From a virus: a stretch of DNA of 64,000 nt. Made by a program: the position numbers and the translations under genes. Of the stretch, positions 1-9,191 are shown piece by piece (within the stretch, counting starts at the first letter, position 1; every line of letters starts with the position of its first letter). Location of the stretch: the IMG/VR virus record IMGVR_UViG_3300025450_000016, one strand, 5' to 3'. The notes beneath the pieces were generated by a model. It had not been told where the DNA came from and made no database searches. It was given only the letters and a program-made list of their open reading frames with translations.

Positions 1-3
1 GTT

Positions 4-999
4 ATGAGATATCTAATTGTTGACACAGCCAATACATTTTTTCGTGCTAGACATAGTGCCCATCGTCAGAGTGACACGTGGGACAAACTAGGTTTTGCTA
101 TTCACGTGACTCTTGCCAGTGTTAATAAATGCTGGAGAGATCAAAAAGCTGATCACGTTATTTTTTGTTTGGAAGGACGTAGCTGGCGCAAAGATCATTA
201 CGAGCCCTACAAGAAAAACCGTGCAGTTGCCCGTGCCGCACTCACAGAAAAAGAAGCCGAAGAAGATCGATTGTTTTGGGAAACCTTCGACAATCTCAAA
301 GACTTTTTAAGTACCAAAACCAATTGTACTGTATTGCAACACCCCAATTTAGAAGCAGATGATCTAGTGGCTGGATGGATTCAAAGTCATCCCGAGGATC
401 ATCACACCATTGTCAGTAGCGACACCGACTTTCACCAGTTACTGGCCGACAACGTAAATCAATATAACGGAATTGCAGATGAGCTCCACACTATTCAAGG
501 TATTTTCGACAAAAAAGGTAAGGCAGTCATCGATAAAAAAACTAAGGAAGCAAAAACAATTCCGGATCCTAAGTGGATACTTTTCGAAAAGTGTATGCGA
601 GGAGATCCAACCGACAATATCTTTTCGGCGTACCCCGGGGTCCGCAAAGTGGGAAGTAAAAATAAAGTGGGACTTGCAGAGGCATTTGCCGACAAAGATT
701 CGAAAGGCTTTGCTTGGAACAACCTAATGCTACAGCGTTGGACCGACCACAACGGCGTGGAACATCGTGTCTTGGATGACTACAATCGCAATCGTGTGCT
801 GGTAGATCTTACAGCACAGCCCGATGACGTCAAAGTTAAAATTGCTGAAACCATTGCGTCTGGTAGTGTTCCACTCAATCGTCCAATGGTAGGAGCTCAG
901 TTTTTGAAGTTTTGTGGCAAGTATGATCTGATCAAAATGTCAGAGCAAGCTGATGGTTTTGTTAAATTTTTAGAAGCACCGTATCCGGAGAACGTATGA
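4..999 (+). CDS. rnh: T4 RNase H-like 5'-3' exonuclease (FEN1/PIN family)
   Basis: N-terminal LIVD, SWRK..Y..YK.NR, LEADD, SSDTDF.QL and GD.TDNI..PGV motifs. Confidence 0.9.
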   Translation: MRYLIVDTANTFFRARHSAHRQSDTWDKLGFAIHVTLASVNKCWRDQKADHVIFCLEGRSWRKDHYEPYKKNRAVARAALTEKEAEEDRLFWETFDNLKDFLSTKTNCTVLQHPNLEADDLVAGWIQSHPEDHHTIVSSDTDFHQLLADNVNQYNGIADELHTIQGIFDKKGKAVIDKKTKEAKTIPDPKWILFEKCMRGDPTDNIFSAYPGVRKVGSKNKVGLAEAFADKDSKGFAWNNLMLQRWTDHNGVEHRVLDDYNRNRVLVDLTAQPDDVKVKIAETIASGSVPLNRPMVGAQFLKFCGKYDLIKMSEQADGFVKFLEAPYPENV

Positions 1000-1772
1000 A
1001 AAAACTGCTAGTGTCAATTTTATTGTTAACCAGTGCCGGTGTTTATGCACAGCACGATGTTGATTTTTATAAAAGCCACAATCCCAGTGTACCAAGCGAA
1101 GTAACGGCCAGGGATTATGCTCCAGATCATTATATTGATACTGCCCGTTACCCTGATGGTGACAAAATTGATTATGTGTTGACTGAGTATCCGGGTGCAA
1201 AACCCAAGTATGCTATCATTGTAATGCCTGGCGGCAACGGCACAATTGGATTGCAAAAAGAAGAAGATGGTCGTATTTTTTTCAGTGCCAAAGGTAATTT
1301 TTTAGTTCGTGCCAGATTGTTGTTTGCTGATCAGGAAACTGTGGCAGTGGTAACAGATCGAGGCGGCAGCGCCAACCGTATGCGGGGCATTGTGGCAGAT
1401 TTACAAAATCGTTATCCCGGTATCAAGGTGTACATTGCCGGGACCAGCTACAGCACAAAAGACACACTATACTATGCCAATAAAATGGATGGAGAAGTTG
1501 CCGGATTTATACACACTTCATCGGTCGGGGCCATTGACGGGCGTGGCTTAAAAAGCAGAAATCTTGTTGTTGGACACATCTACGACAGTTGCCGTTGGAC
1601 CAGTGGCCCAAATTCTGTGCGTGAAGCACAGCGTTACGGCACAGATGCTGTCATGATGGAAGGTGGCTACAACAGTGGAGACGAATGTGGACCTTGGTCC
1701 AATCACGGGTTCCTGGGTATCGAAAAAGAAACAGTGGCATCAATCAAAGAATGGATGAAAAAAGGATCATAG
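996..1772 (+). CDS. Exported alpha/beta-hydrolase
   Basis: Signal peptide MKKLLVSILLLTSAGVYA; PGGNG, GTSYS nucleophile elbow, C-terminal HGF.G.E. Confidence 0.65.
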   Translation: MKKLLVSILLLTSAGVYAQHDVDFYKSHNPSVPSEVTARDYAPDHYIDTARYPDGDKIDYVLTEYPGAKPKYAIIVMPGGNGTIGLQKEEDGRIFFSAKGNFLVRARLLFADQETVAVVTDRGGSANRMRGIVADLQNRYPGIKVYIAGTSYSTKDTLYYANKMDGEVAGFIHTSSVGAIDGRGLKSRNLVVGHIYDSCRWTSGPNSVREAQRYGTDAVMMEGGYNSGDECGPWSNHGFLGIEKETVASIKEWMKKGS

Positions 1773-1773
1773 T

Positions 1774-1941
1774 ATGAACAGTATTCAACGTTGGTATAGA
1801 AATAATTATGTAGAAATCACCTGGTTTATCATTGGCTGGTTGAGTCTAGATGCCTTGCGCGAATTTGCAGTGGGCAACTGGGGCGGTGTTTCTTTTGACC
1901 TGGCATTTATTGCACTCAATTATTTTTTAAGTCGTAAATGA
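1774..1941 (+). CDS. Small membrane protein, 55 aa (not in ORF track)
   Basis: Translated by hand as MNSIQRWYRNNYVEITWFIIGWLSLDA...; fills the gap and has an ATGA overlap with the next gene. Confidence 0.7.
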   Translation: MNSIQRWYRNNYVEITWFIIGWLSLDALREFAVGNWGGVSFDLAFIALNYFLSRK

Positions 1942-2138
1942 GTAAAAGTAAACTTAAAGAAACTGTGTTGATTTGGACTGCCTTGCTGATCCTAGGTGGA
2001 TCCTTGGGTGGCTTGATCTACGGCATCAACGCCACTTTGCCACACGAAGTTGGATATGATTGTCGCTTGGCAGAAATTAGCCCTGACATACCAGTCAAGG
2101 TCAAAGAAGAATGTAGAAAACAAAGGATGGTAAAATAA
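1938..2138 (+). CDS. Small membrane protein
   Basis: One TM helix followed by a C..AEISPD.P......C motif; coupled to neighbours. Confidence 0.7.
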   Translation: MSKSKLKETVLIWTALLILGGSLGGLIYGINATLPHEVGYDCRLAEISPDIPVKVKEECRKQRMVK

Positions 2139-2536
2139 TGTTAGATTGTTTGATCATGGGCGACAGTATCGCCAAAGGTGTAAGTGACATACGAACCGAA
2201 TGTGTAGCGTATGTGAAGTCCGGAATCAACAGTCGTAACTGGCTCAATGCCAATGTTGGCAAAAGTCCATACCTGGCAAAAAATGTCATTATCAGCCTTG
2301 GCTCCAATGATCTGTCAGATACCAATACTTTAGAAGAGTTGCGTACCATTAGACGGTTGACACAGGCCAATCGAGTGTATTGGATTATGCCAAGCATCAA
2401 GCCGGGAGTTATGCAGGCTGTTGCTGTGGTGGCAAAAGAAAACGGAGACACCGTATTAACTGGAGCACCAAGGAGCGCCGACGGCGTACATCCAACTTAC
2501 GCTGGATATAAAAAAATTGCAGAGGAAACAAAATGA
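2138..2536 (+). CDS. Minimal SGNH/GDSL hydrolase
   Basis: GDS block I, G.ND block III, DGVHP block V. Confidence 0.85.
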   Translation: MLDCLIMGDSIAKGVSDIRTECVAYVKSGINSRNWLNANVGKSPYLAKNVIISLGSNDLSDTNTLEELRTIRRLTQANRVYWIMPSIKPGVMQAVAVVAKENGDTVLTGAPRSADGVHPTYAGYKKIAEETK

Positions 2537-3009
2537 CCGAACTGATAGCAAAACCCATAGTAAAAAATAAAATGTGGATCGTAGAAGATTCCGGCCGCAA
2601 AGTTGGAAACATAATGGCCATTGAAGAAGGCGGCTTTGTTTATGTTCACGACAATCAACGTGAAATGTTTTCCACAATCAAACTGTTGAGTAAAAAATAC
2701 AATATCGAATTTGCCAAGGCAGAAAAAGTCAAGAAAGAAAAACAAGATGTATATGATGTTTACGGATTCCCTACTAATAGTCGACCACACAATCAGGTCT
2801 TGGATGTACAACGCTATCTTCCAATTTACACAAAAGGTGCAAAGTCAAAGAGCTTTTTCTGTGCTGGCTACTACATTATCAAATTCTCTAGTACTTGGGT
2901 TCGTGCATATTGTCCAAAACTTATTACGTTGAATCGTTACGAATATCAAGGTCCTTTCAAGACTCAAGACCGTATGATAGAATCAATGAAAGAGGCAAAT
3001 GGACAATAA
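2533..3009 (+). CDS. Phage hypothetical protein
   Basis: 158-aa ORF with AGGA RBS and ATGA overlap. Confidence 0.75.
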   Translation: MTELIAKPIVKNKMWIVEDSGRKVGNIMAIEEGGFVYVHDNQREMFSTIKLLSKKYNIEFAKAEKVKKEKQDVYDVYGFPTNSRPHNQVLDVQRYLPIYTKGAKSKSFFCAGYYIIKFSSTWVRAYCPKLITLNRYEYQGPFKTQDRMIESMKEANGQ

Positions 3010-3214
3010 CTTATCTTTTCATATCAAATTGTTCAACGACCGAGTAAGAACAATGAATCAAAGCAATGGCAAATTATTGACCTTAAATGCACAGGAAGCT
3101 AGAAGTTTACACGCTGAAATTTACGATTTGATGGCCACAATTTCCAGTTTAAGCAAGACTCAGGACAGCTCAATTGTCGGTGTCAGCATCAATATGGACG
3201 GCGGTGGTTTTTAA
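2999..3214 (+). CDS. Phage hypothetical protein
   Basis: GAGG RBS; overlaps upstream gene. Confidence 0.7.
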   Translation: MDNNLSFHIKLFNDRVRTMNQSNGKLLTLNAQEARSLHAEIYDLMATISSLSKTQDSSIVGVSINMDGGGF

Positions 3215-3231
3215 AGTGCGTATATTAAGAA

Positions 3232-3239
3232 GATAAATA
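3232..3239 (+). promoter_or_regulatory. T4-type late promoter-like motif GATAAATA
   Basis: Intergenic, about 25 nt upstream of ATG 3264; resembles the T4 late consensus TATAAATA. Confidence 0.5.
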
Positions 3240-3263
3240 AAGTGTAGATCAAGGATATATGAA

Positions 3264-3551
3264 ATGAGTCGACCAAAGCCAACGGTGTTGTTGGACCACG
3301 TAAATAAAACTACTTATAAAAGCGAACAGGTGCTGAGTTCTGAAGGCATCTGGGCAGTCTTTTATGATAACCAACCTATCAATCTAAAGACTCATAATAT
3401 TTTAGTTGCATACCCAGGACCAAAATACAAAAAAGTTTCTTTCAGTAATCCAGGACACGCCATCAACTTGGCCAAAAAATTAAACGTTCTTTTCAAGACC
3501 GACAAGTTCACTGTGGTGCTGTTACGTGCCGGTGACCAAATCTACCCCTAA
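3264..3551 (+). CDS. Phage hypothetical protein
   Basis: AAGGA RBS; 95-aa ORF starting MSRPKP. Confidence 0.75.
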   Translation: MSRPKPTVLLDHVNKTTYKSEQVLSSEGIWAVFYDNQPINLKTHNILVAYPGPKYKKVSFSNPGHAINLAKKLNVLFKTDKFTVVLLRAGDQIYP

Positions 3552-3927
3552 GCGTTATACTCAACGCCAACTCACAAAAATATTTTGCCAGCAGGCCAAT
3601 GTGCCTATTGCTCAGACTACCGAGATGCAGCAACGCTGGTGGAAAAATCCCACAGATGCCAACAGTCTTAGACTGACTTTGCAAGGCTTACAGTTTGTCA
3701 AGGCTGTTCTCAAATTGACCAGTTACGAGTTTCCACTTCGAGACGAACTTACCAATCACAATCTTCTTCAATTGGAACGTGTGTTCAAAGGTATGTACTA
3801 TCTGCTGAAGAGACAAAAGTTAATTGTATTTGAGGAAGAGGAGGCCACAATGTTGACTTTGTACGGCAACGACCTTCGAGGCTATTTAGAAAACCTTGAA
3901 CAAAATCAGGAGCCTGATCAAAACTGA
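3526..3927 (+). CDS. Phage hypothetical protein
   Basis: Last + strand gene; convergent 10-nt overlap with the epimerase gene. Confidence 0.7.
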   Translation: MPVTKSTPKRYTQRQLTKIFCQQANVPIAQTTEMQQRWWKNPTDANSLRLTLQGLQFVKAVLKLTSYEFPLRDELTNHNLLQLERVFKGMYYLLKRQKLIVFEEEEATMLTLYGNDLRGYLENLEQNQEPDQN

Positions 3928-4886
3928 TCTAAGAAGTCTTGTGCAAGGAACCAGTCCAAGTAAGCAGGAATACCTTGTTCGATATCAACTGTAGGACGCC
4001 AATTGGTCATCTCAACCATACGACTACTGTCTAAGGTATCGCGGTTGGGATAAAAAGCATCGTGTGGTTCTACAACAATCTCTGCGGGAATACGAGCACG
4101 TACCAGTTCAGCGGCTTCAATAATCTTGCGTCCATTGTTACGAGTGCAGTTAAAGATTTGATTGGCTGCATTGGGATTGACAGCAGCTTCGGCAAACGCA
4201 CTGGCTACATCAGTGACATAACTAAAGTCCAATTTATTGTCTGGGCCATTAACAATCATCTGACCAGTCTTGAGTGCAGCCACAGTCATTTTACTAATAA
4301 CACGCACTACCATATCTCTTGTGCCATACAATGCGCTTGGACGCAGAATAGAATATTCTATACCGTGTTCTTTATTCCAAATCTTACACATACGTTCGCA
4401 TTGTAGTTTATAGCTACCATACAAGGTCAGTGGATTACATACCGCATCTTCATTGGGCGCACCGTCAAATGCATCGAAGTCTCCGTAGACCATTGAGCTC
4501 GATGCCAATACAAAACGCTTGACCTCATACTTGACACATAGATCCAAGGCAATAGCAGTGGCCGCTACCATATTGGTTGTGGCATCCACTACATTCTTCT
4601 TGACCATCTTGGCATTGGGATATGTAGCAAGATCAATAACCACATCAGGTCTGGCAGCATCGAATACAGCGTTCATAAATGTAGCATCACATACATCACC
4701 TTGGTAGTGACAATGAGCACCCATATAACTGATACGCTGATCCATAACCGGTTCGTATTCCCACGGTTGGTATTCGCCGTAGTTATGATGTAGGTCAACT
4801 GTGTGTATTTCGTGTCCCGATTCCAACAGTTGACGAGCTGTATGATGCCCAATAAATCCGTGCCCGCCCAATATTAATATTTTCAT
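3918..4886 (-). CDS. NAD-dependent NDP-sugar epimerase/dehydratase
   Basis: GGHGFIG Rossmann motif, SSSMVYG, YGSYK catalytic motif. Confidence 0.92.
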   Translation of the reverse strand: MKILILGGHGFIGHHTARQLLESGHEIHTVDLHHNYGEYQPWEYEPVMDQRISYMGAHCHYQGDVCDATFMNAVFDAARPDVVIDLATYPNAKMVKKNVVDATTNMVAATAIALDLCVKYEVKRFVLASSSMVYGDFDAFDGAPNEDAVCNPLTLYGSYKLQCERMCKIWNKEHGIEYSILRPSALYGTRDMVVRVISKMTVAALKTGQMIVNGPDNKLDFSYVTDVASAFAEAAVNPNAANQIFNCTRNNGRKIIEAAELVRARIPAEIVVEPHDAFYPNRDTLDSSRMVEMTNWRPTVDIEQGIPAYLDWFLAQDFLDQF

Positions 4887-5932
4887 TTTAATGCCTTTAC
4901 AATACGCTCAACTTCGGCGTCAGTTAGTGTGTGTTGATTTGGTACTGTAAAACTGATAGATTTTAGTCTATCGCTTACAGGAAAAGATCGTTTTGTAGTG
5001 TAGAGAGATTCGTCATTGACTGTATGGCGATAATGCACAGCAGCGCCAATACCTTGACTGTTTAAGTTATTTACTCGTTCGTCACGATCTTCTGCTTGAA
5101 ATACCAACTTGTGGTAGGTATTTTTCATTAATCCGGTAGAATCGTTGGCTGATTTTAAATTGCAATTGGTTCTTATATACTCGCTGATTCGGGTACGGCG
5201 TTCCTGCCAGTTTTGGGAATATTTAAGTCCTACCAGTACTGCGGCCACTTCCATGGTGCTCATTATGCTGTTTAACCCGGCACCCACAGCCACATCATCG
5301 TTTCGTAATTTACCGTGAATACGTAAACGTCTAGCCAAATTGGCCATGTCCTCATTGTCAGTCAATAATGCACCGCCCGATCCCCAACTAGAAATAGTTT
5401 TGCTGGGACTGAAGCTGACACAACTTATCAGACCTTTTTTAGCACTCCAGCTTTCCCAATCGTGGCTTTCTAAACTTTGAGCAGCATCATTGACAATGGG
5501 CATACTTAACCGAGTTAAGCTGTGCCAATCACTCATATTACCAAAAAGGTCAACTGGCACTACTGCATCTACCTTGCCAATTTTGGATACATCAATGGTG
5601 TAGTTTTCTGTCACATCAATTGGAACTACTTGGTAGCCTGCTCTAGCAACGGCGTGTGCAGTGGCGGTAAATGTGTAATTACCCACAGCTACTCGTGCAT
5701 TTCGCGGCAGTTTCAGTGCCTGCAGAGCCAGGTCTAATGCGTCAGTACAGCTACCCGTCACTACGCAATATTTTCTATCGTACCGACGGCACAGTTCGGC
5801 TTCCAGTAACTGTGCAGGCTCACCATTTTGGGCAATACCTTGCTGATGATATCGATCAGTTAACTCAAATACTTCATCACGAATCTGAGCCCAGGCTCGG
5901 TCGGTTTGGAATAGTGCAATCTTATCTGACAT
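4883..5932 (-). CDS. DegT/DnrJ/EryC1/StrS PLP-dependent sugar aminotransferase
   Basis: SCTDAL.LAL, TF.ATA.A, VDLFG, DAAQS, SFSPSK (PLP lysine); start moved to MSDKIALF. Confidence 0.9.
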   Translation of the reverse strand: MSDKIALFQTDRAWAQIRDEVFELTDRYHQQGIAQNGEPAQLLEAELCRRYDRKYCVVTGSCTDALDLALQALKLPRNARVAVGNYTFTATAHAVARAGYQVVPIDVTENYTIDVSKIGKVDAVVPVDLFGNMSDWHSLTRLSMPIVNDAAQSLESHDWESWSAKKGLISCVSFSPSKTISSWGSGGALLTDNEDMANLARRLRIHGKLRNDDVAVGAGLNSIMSTMEVAAVLVGLKYSQNWQERRTRISEYIRTNCNLKSANDSTGLMKNTYHKLVFQAEDRDERVNNLNSQGIGAAVHYRHTVNDESLYTTKRSFPVSDRLKSISFTVPNQHTLTDAEVERIVKALK

Positions 5933-6542
5933 ATTTGTATAATAGTGTAAATGCTTCGGCATCTGGGTTGCCAGATTTATCACCGTAGACTCGACTCAAA
6001 TTTCTAATCTGTTCTAGTTTATCTTCGGTAATATAACTACCGTAACATTGTAACAGACTTTGCTTGAAATTCCAATCGATTCCTATGTACATATTGGCCG
6101 TATTGGTACGGTATTGATACGAATAGGGCCACGATGTCATTGTCCAAACTTCAACAGCACGTTTCTGTAACAAGGGCCAAGCCAGTTCGTATGTGGTTCT
6201 ATGGTCCTGGTGAAAATCCTCGGGATTGGGTATAATGGCAATGTCACAGGTATCTATCAACTTGCCCAATTCGGTCATTGTGTTATTGTCGCAAACCAAA
6301 TTGGGTCTGCCATTTTCGTGTAGGTCAGTGTCTAACACACGTAATTCAAATCCCGACAGCTTGTAACTCTGTTCTAGTTCGTGTTCCACAATCCATTTGC
6401 TTCTGTCACTGTTGATTTCGGCACTGGGCTTGACTGTAACAACTGAAACAATTTCTGCACCGGCGTCTTGGAAACGTTTCAGTGTACCGCTGCAGGCAAT
6501 TTCTAAATCATCCGGGTGTGGTGTTACAGCTAGAATTTTCAT
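5922..6542 (-). CDS. PIG-L/LmbE-family N-acetylsugar deacetylase
   Basis: PHPDDLE and H.DH zinc motifs; start at MKILAV overlaps the upstream stop. Confidence 0.88.
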   Translation of the reverse strand: MKILAVTPHPDDLEIACSGTLKRFQDAGAEIVSVVTVKPSAEINSDRSKWIVEHELEQSYKLSGFELRVLDTDLHENGRPNLVCDNNTMTELGKLIDTCDIAIIPNPEDFHQDHRTTYELAWPLLQKRAVEVWTMTSWPYSYQYRTNTANMYIGIDWNFKQSLLQCYGSYITEDKLEQIRNLSRVYGDKSGNPDAEAFTLLYKYVR

Positions 6543-7510
6543 TTTAATTTTGTTTGCCAAAAGGCACTTTCAGTAAACCACCGATGGTAGCGTTCAAATC
6601 CTTCTTCTACATCAACTTGGGGATCGAACCCAAAGTCTCTACGTGCCGCTGTGATATCCAATGCTCCGCGACTGGGGAAATCTGCATCCTTGTCTCCACA
6701 CTCAATGGAACCACTGCCAGCAATACGCACAGCCAACTCTGCAGCTTCTAGCAGCGTGGTGCTGTGGCTTTTGGTAATATTATAGGTACCATTTACAGCA
6801 CTATCGCTCAAGGTGGCTTGTACAATACCACGTGCAGCGTCTTCCACATAGGTAAAGTCTAAGGTTTCATTGGCACCGTTGACTTTAAGAGTTTCGCCTC
6901 GCAATGCGCTGAGCATAAATTTGCTGACCACGCGATCTTCAACATCCAATTCTCCGTAAACAGCACTGGGACGAATAACCACGTGATCAAAGCAACCGCG
7001 ACGGGTGTAGTCTTTGACAAGATGTTCTCCCATGAGCTTCATAATGCCGTATTGTCCTTGCGGTTGACATACGGCTGTTTCTACAACATCGTTTTCAAAA
7101 TTGCCGTATACCATACTGCTGCTGATATAAACAAATTTGGGTATATTAAATGTCTTGGTCAATTCCAACAAGTTGACCAGGCCAGTACACATTACTTCGC
7201 TACCCCAAACAGGATTGGAGCTGACCACTTTTTGTCTAGGAAAACTGGCCAAATGTATAACTGCATCTGCATTGAACGAAAAAGACATAAAGAAATTTTT
7301 AACTAGATCGTGTTCTCTGAGATCAATGTGATGTACGGCCGCTCGTATACGAGCCAGTCTAGCACGAGTCAAGTAGGTCAACTCATCCTGTGGAACAAAT
7401 CCGTAATCGGTCACGTTGTCCAACACAAAACAATCGTGTCCTAGTTCTTCTAACTGACGTACTACGTTGTGGCCAATAAAGCCGGCCCCGCCTGTTATTA
7501 GGAATTTCAT
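6539..7510 (-). CDS. NAD-dependent NDP-sugar epimerase/dehydratase
   Basis: TGGAGFIG, SSSMVYG, YGIMK; paralog of 3918..4886. Confidence 0.92.
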   Translation of the reverse strand: MKFLITGGAGFIGHNVVRQLEELGHDCFVLDNVTDYGFVPQDELTYLTRARLARIRAAVHHIDLREHDLVKNFFMSFSFNADAVIHLASFPRQKVVSSNPVWGSEVMCTGLVNLLELTKTFNIPKFVYISSSMVYGNFENDVVETAVCQPQGQYGIMKLMGEHLVKDYTRRGCFDHVVIRPSAVYGELDVEDRVVSKFMLSALRGETLKVNGANETLDFTYVEDAARGIVQATLSDSAVNGTYNITKSHSTTLLEAAELAVRIAGSGSIECGDKDADFPSRGALDITAARRDFGFDPQVDVEEGFERYHRWFTESAFWQTKLK

Positions 7511-8422
7511 TTATACTGCCATTTCTGCTTGAATTGCTCCGTGACTTTGATACCCGTCCAAGCGAATATCTGCCATAGTAAACTTTGTGATGTCAGTGAC
7601 ATCAGGATTGAGCCAAAGAGTTGGTGCAGGTAATGGTTCACGCTTCAATTGTTCTTTTACCTGTTCTATGTGATTTAGATATATGTGTGCATCGCCGAGC
7701 GTGTGAACAAACTCACCTAGTCCAAGACCGCACACTTGAGCTATCAGGGCCGTTAAAAGGCTGTAGCTAGCGATATTAAAGGGTACACCTAAAAACATAT
7801 CACAACTTCTTTGATACATTTGACAGGACAACTTGTTATCCCGTGAAACATAAAACTGAGCCAGCACGTGGCAAGGTGGCAAAGCCATTTGATCCAGTTC
7901 GCCTGGGTTCCACGCACTCAATATGTGTCTGCGACCGTAAGGGTCTCGCTTGATACCGGTAATCAATGTTTGAAGTTGATCGGTTTCTACTTCTTGTATG
8001 CCACCTTGAATACTGAAATAACTGCCTAGATCGTTTTTGATACTGCCAGACTTAACGTGCTGTGAGCTGCGCCAGTGGCGCCATTGGACCCCATACACAC
8101 GACCCAGGTCGCCTTCGTATTGTGCTCGAGGTTTCCAGTAAGGTGCTAGAGCATTTGGTGTCCAAATAGTGGTAGTACCGGCGGCTGTGCCGTGGGTAAT
8201 TTCTGCCAGTCTACGCTCATTGCCCGATCCTTCGATCATCCATAACAGTTCGCCCACACAGGCACGCCAGGCCAACTTTTTGGTTGTTACAGCAGGAAAA
8301 CTGGCAGACAAGTCATAGCGTTGTTGCATACCAAACAGGCCAATAGTGCCCACACCGGTACGGTCGTCACGTTGTTCGCCCAATTCAAGTACTTGTTGTA
8401 ATGCGTCTAAATATTGTTTCAT
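7511..8422 (-). CDS. thyA: Thymidylate synthase
   Basis: DRTGVGT, YG.QWR, MALPPCH, YQRSCDMFLGVPFNIASY, GDAHIY.NH, C-terminal MAV. Confidence 0.97.
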   Translation of the reverse strand: MKQYLDALQQVLELGEQRDDRTGVGTIGLFGMQQRYDLSASFPAVTTKKLAWRACVGELLWMIEGSGNERRLAEITHGTAAGTTTIWTPNALAPYWKPRAQYEGDLGRVYGVQWRHWRSSQHVKSGSIKNDLGSYFSIQGGIQEVETDQLQTLITGIKRDPYGRRHILSAWNPGELDQMALPPCHVLAQFYVSRDNKLSCQMYQRSCDMFLGVPFNIASYSLLTALIAQVCGLGLGEFVHTLGDAHIYLNHIEQVKEQLKREPLPAPTLWLNPDVTDITKFTMADIRLDGYQSHGAIQAEMAV

Positions 8423-9189
8423 AAATTTAATTGTTTCACTATGTAGTCAAATAGTATTTTATGACCTTTGCGGTTAGGATGCAAGCCATCTGGATGAAAT
8501 ATAAGTTCTTGCATAATACGACTATGGTCTTGTAGTGAATCAACCTCTTGTCGAATACGGTTGGCTGTGTCTGCGTCAAAATCGGATAAATCAATGTAGT
8601 CAATACCCCAGGTATAACTGATAACAAATTCGGGATCATTGATGTGTTTGTGTTCGTCCAGGTGGCCTACCAACATATACATCAAACTTGGTACCAACGG
8701 ATTCAACTGTTGATATGGGCCAAATAGATTTGTGTTCAAATTGGAATTGCCACCTATGCAATGTATAGTGGTGTCAAAACGTTTGCCTACTTCGTTTAGC
8801 TGTTGATAAATTTGATCTTGTGTGCGTCGTAATAGTGCAATGACTCCGCCAGCTTCTTTGATTTTGTCGGCAAACCCTTTGAGATTTTTGACAGTTGCAT
8901 TGCGATGGAGACGTGCTGCAAGCAAGGCCGGCATAACAATATCCAACAACGGATCAGCTAAAAAATAAAAAACAACGTCGCCGGCGGTGTGGTGTTGTTC
9001 CATATGTCTTTCTAAAGAAACAATAGATCGTTGATGCCAACTGCGAGCCAGGCTGGCTTCTATCACTTGATATCCGTATTCTTCGAAGTATTGTGCCAAT
9101 CCACGATGCAACACACGGGGTTTACCGTTTTCCCATTCGCCTCGAGCCCAACTGCCGCCGCCTACAAAAATTTTAGGTTTATTTTGCAT
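8419..9189 (-). CDS. SGNH-like protein (putative acyl esterase/transferase)
   Basis: G.SW block I and DGLHPN..GH block V. Confidence 0.6.
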   Translation of the reverse strand: MQNKPKIFVGGGSWARGEWENGKPRVLHRGLAQYFEEYGYQVIEASLARSWHQRSIVSLERHMEQHHTAGDVVFYFLADPLLDIVMPALLAARLHRNATVKNLKGFADKIKEAGGVIALLRRTQDQIYQQLNEVGKRFDTTIHCIGGNSNLNTNLFGPYQQLNPLVPSLMYMLVGHLDEHKHINDPEFVISYTWGIDYIDLSDFDADTANRIRQEVDSLQDHSRIMQELIFHPDGLHPNRKGHKILFDYIVKQLNL

Positions 9190-9191
9190 TG

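Noticed and set aside
7511-8422. thyA as a dCMP/dUMP hydroxymethylase for base modification, or as an intron-containing td gene
   Set aside because: It retains the canonical PFN asparagine and C-terminal MAV, is paired with DHFR, and the ORF is uninterrupted
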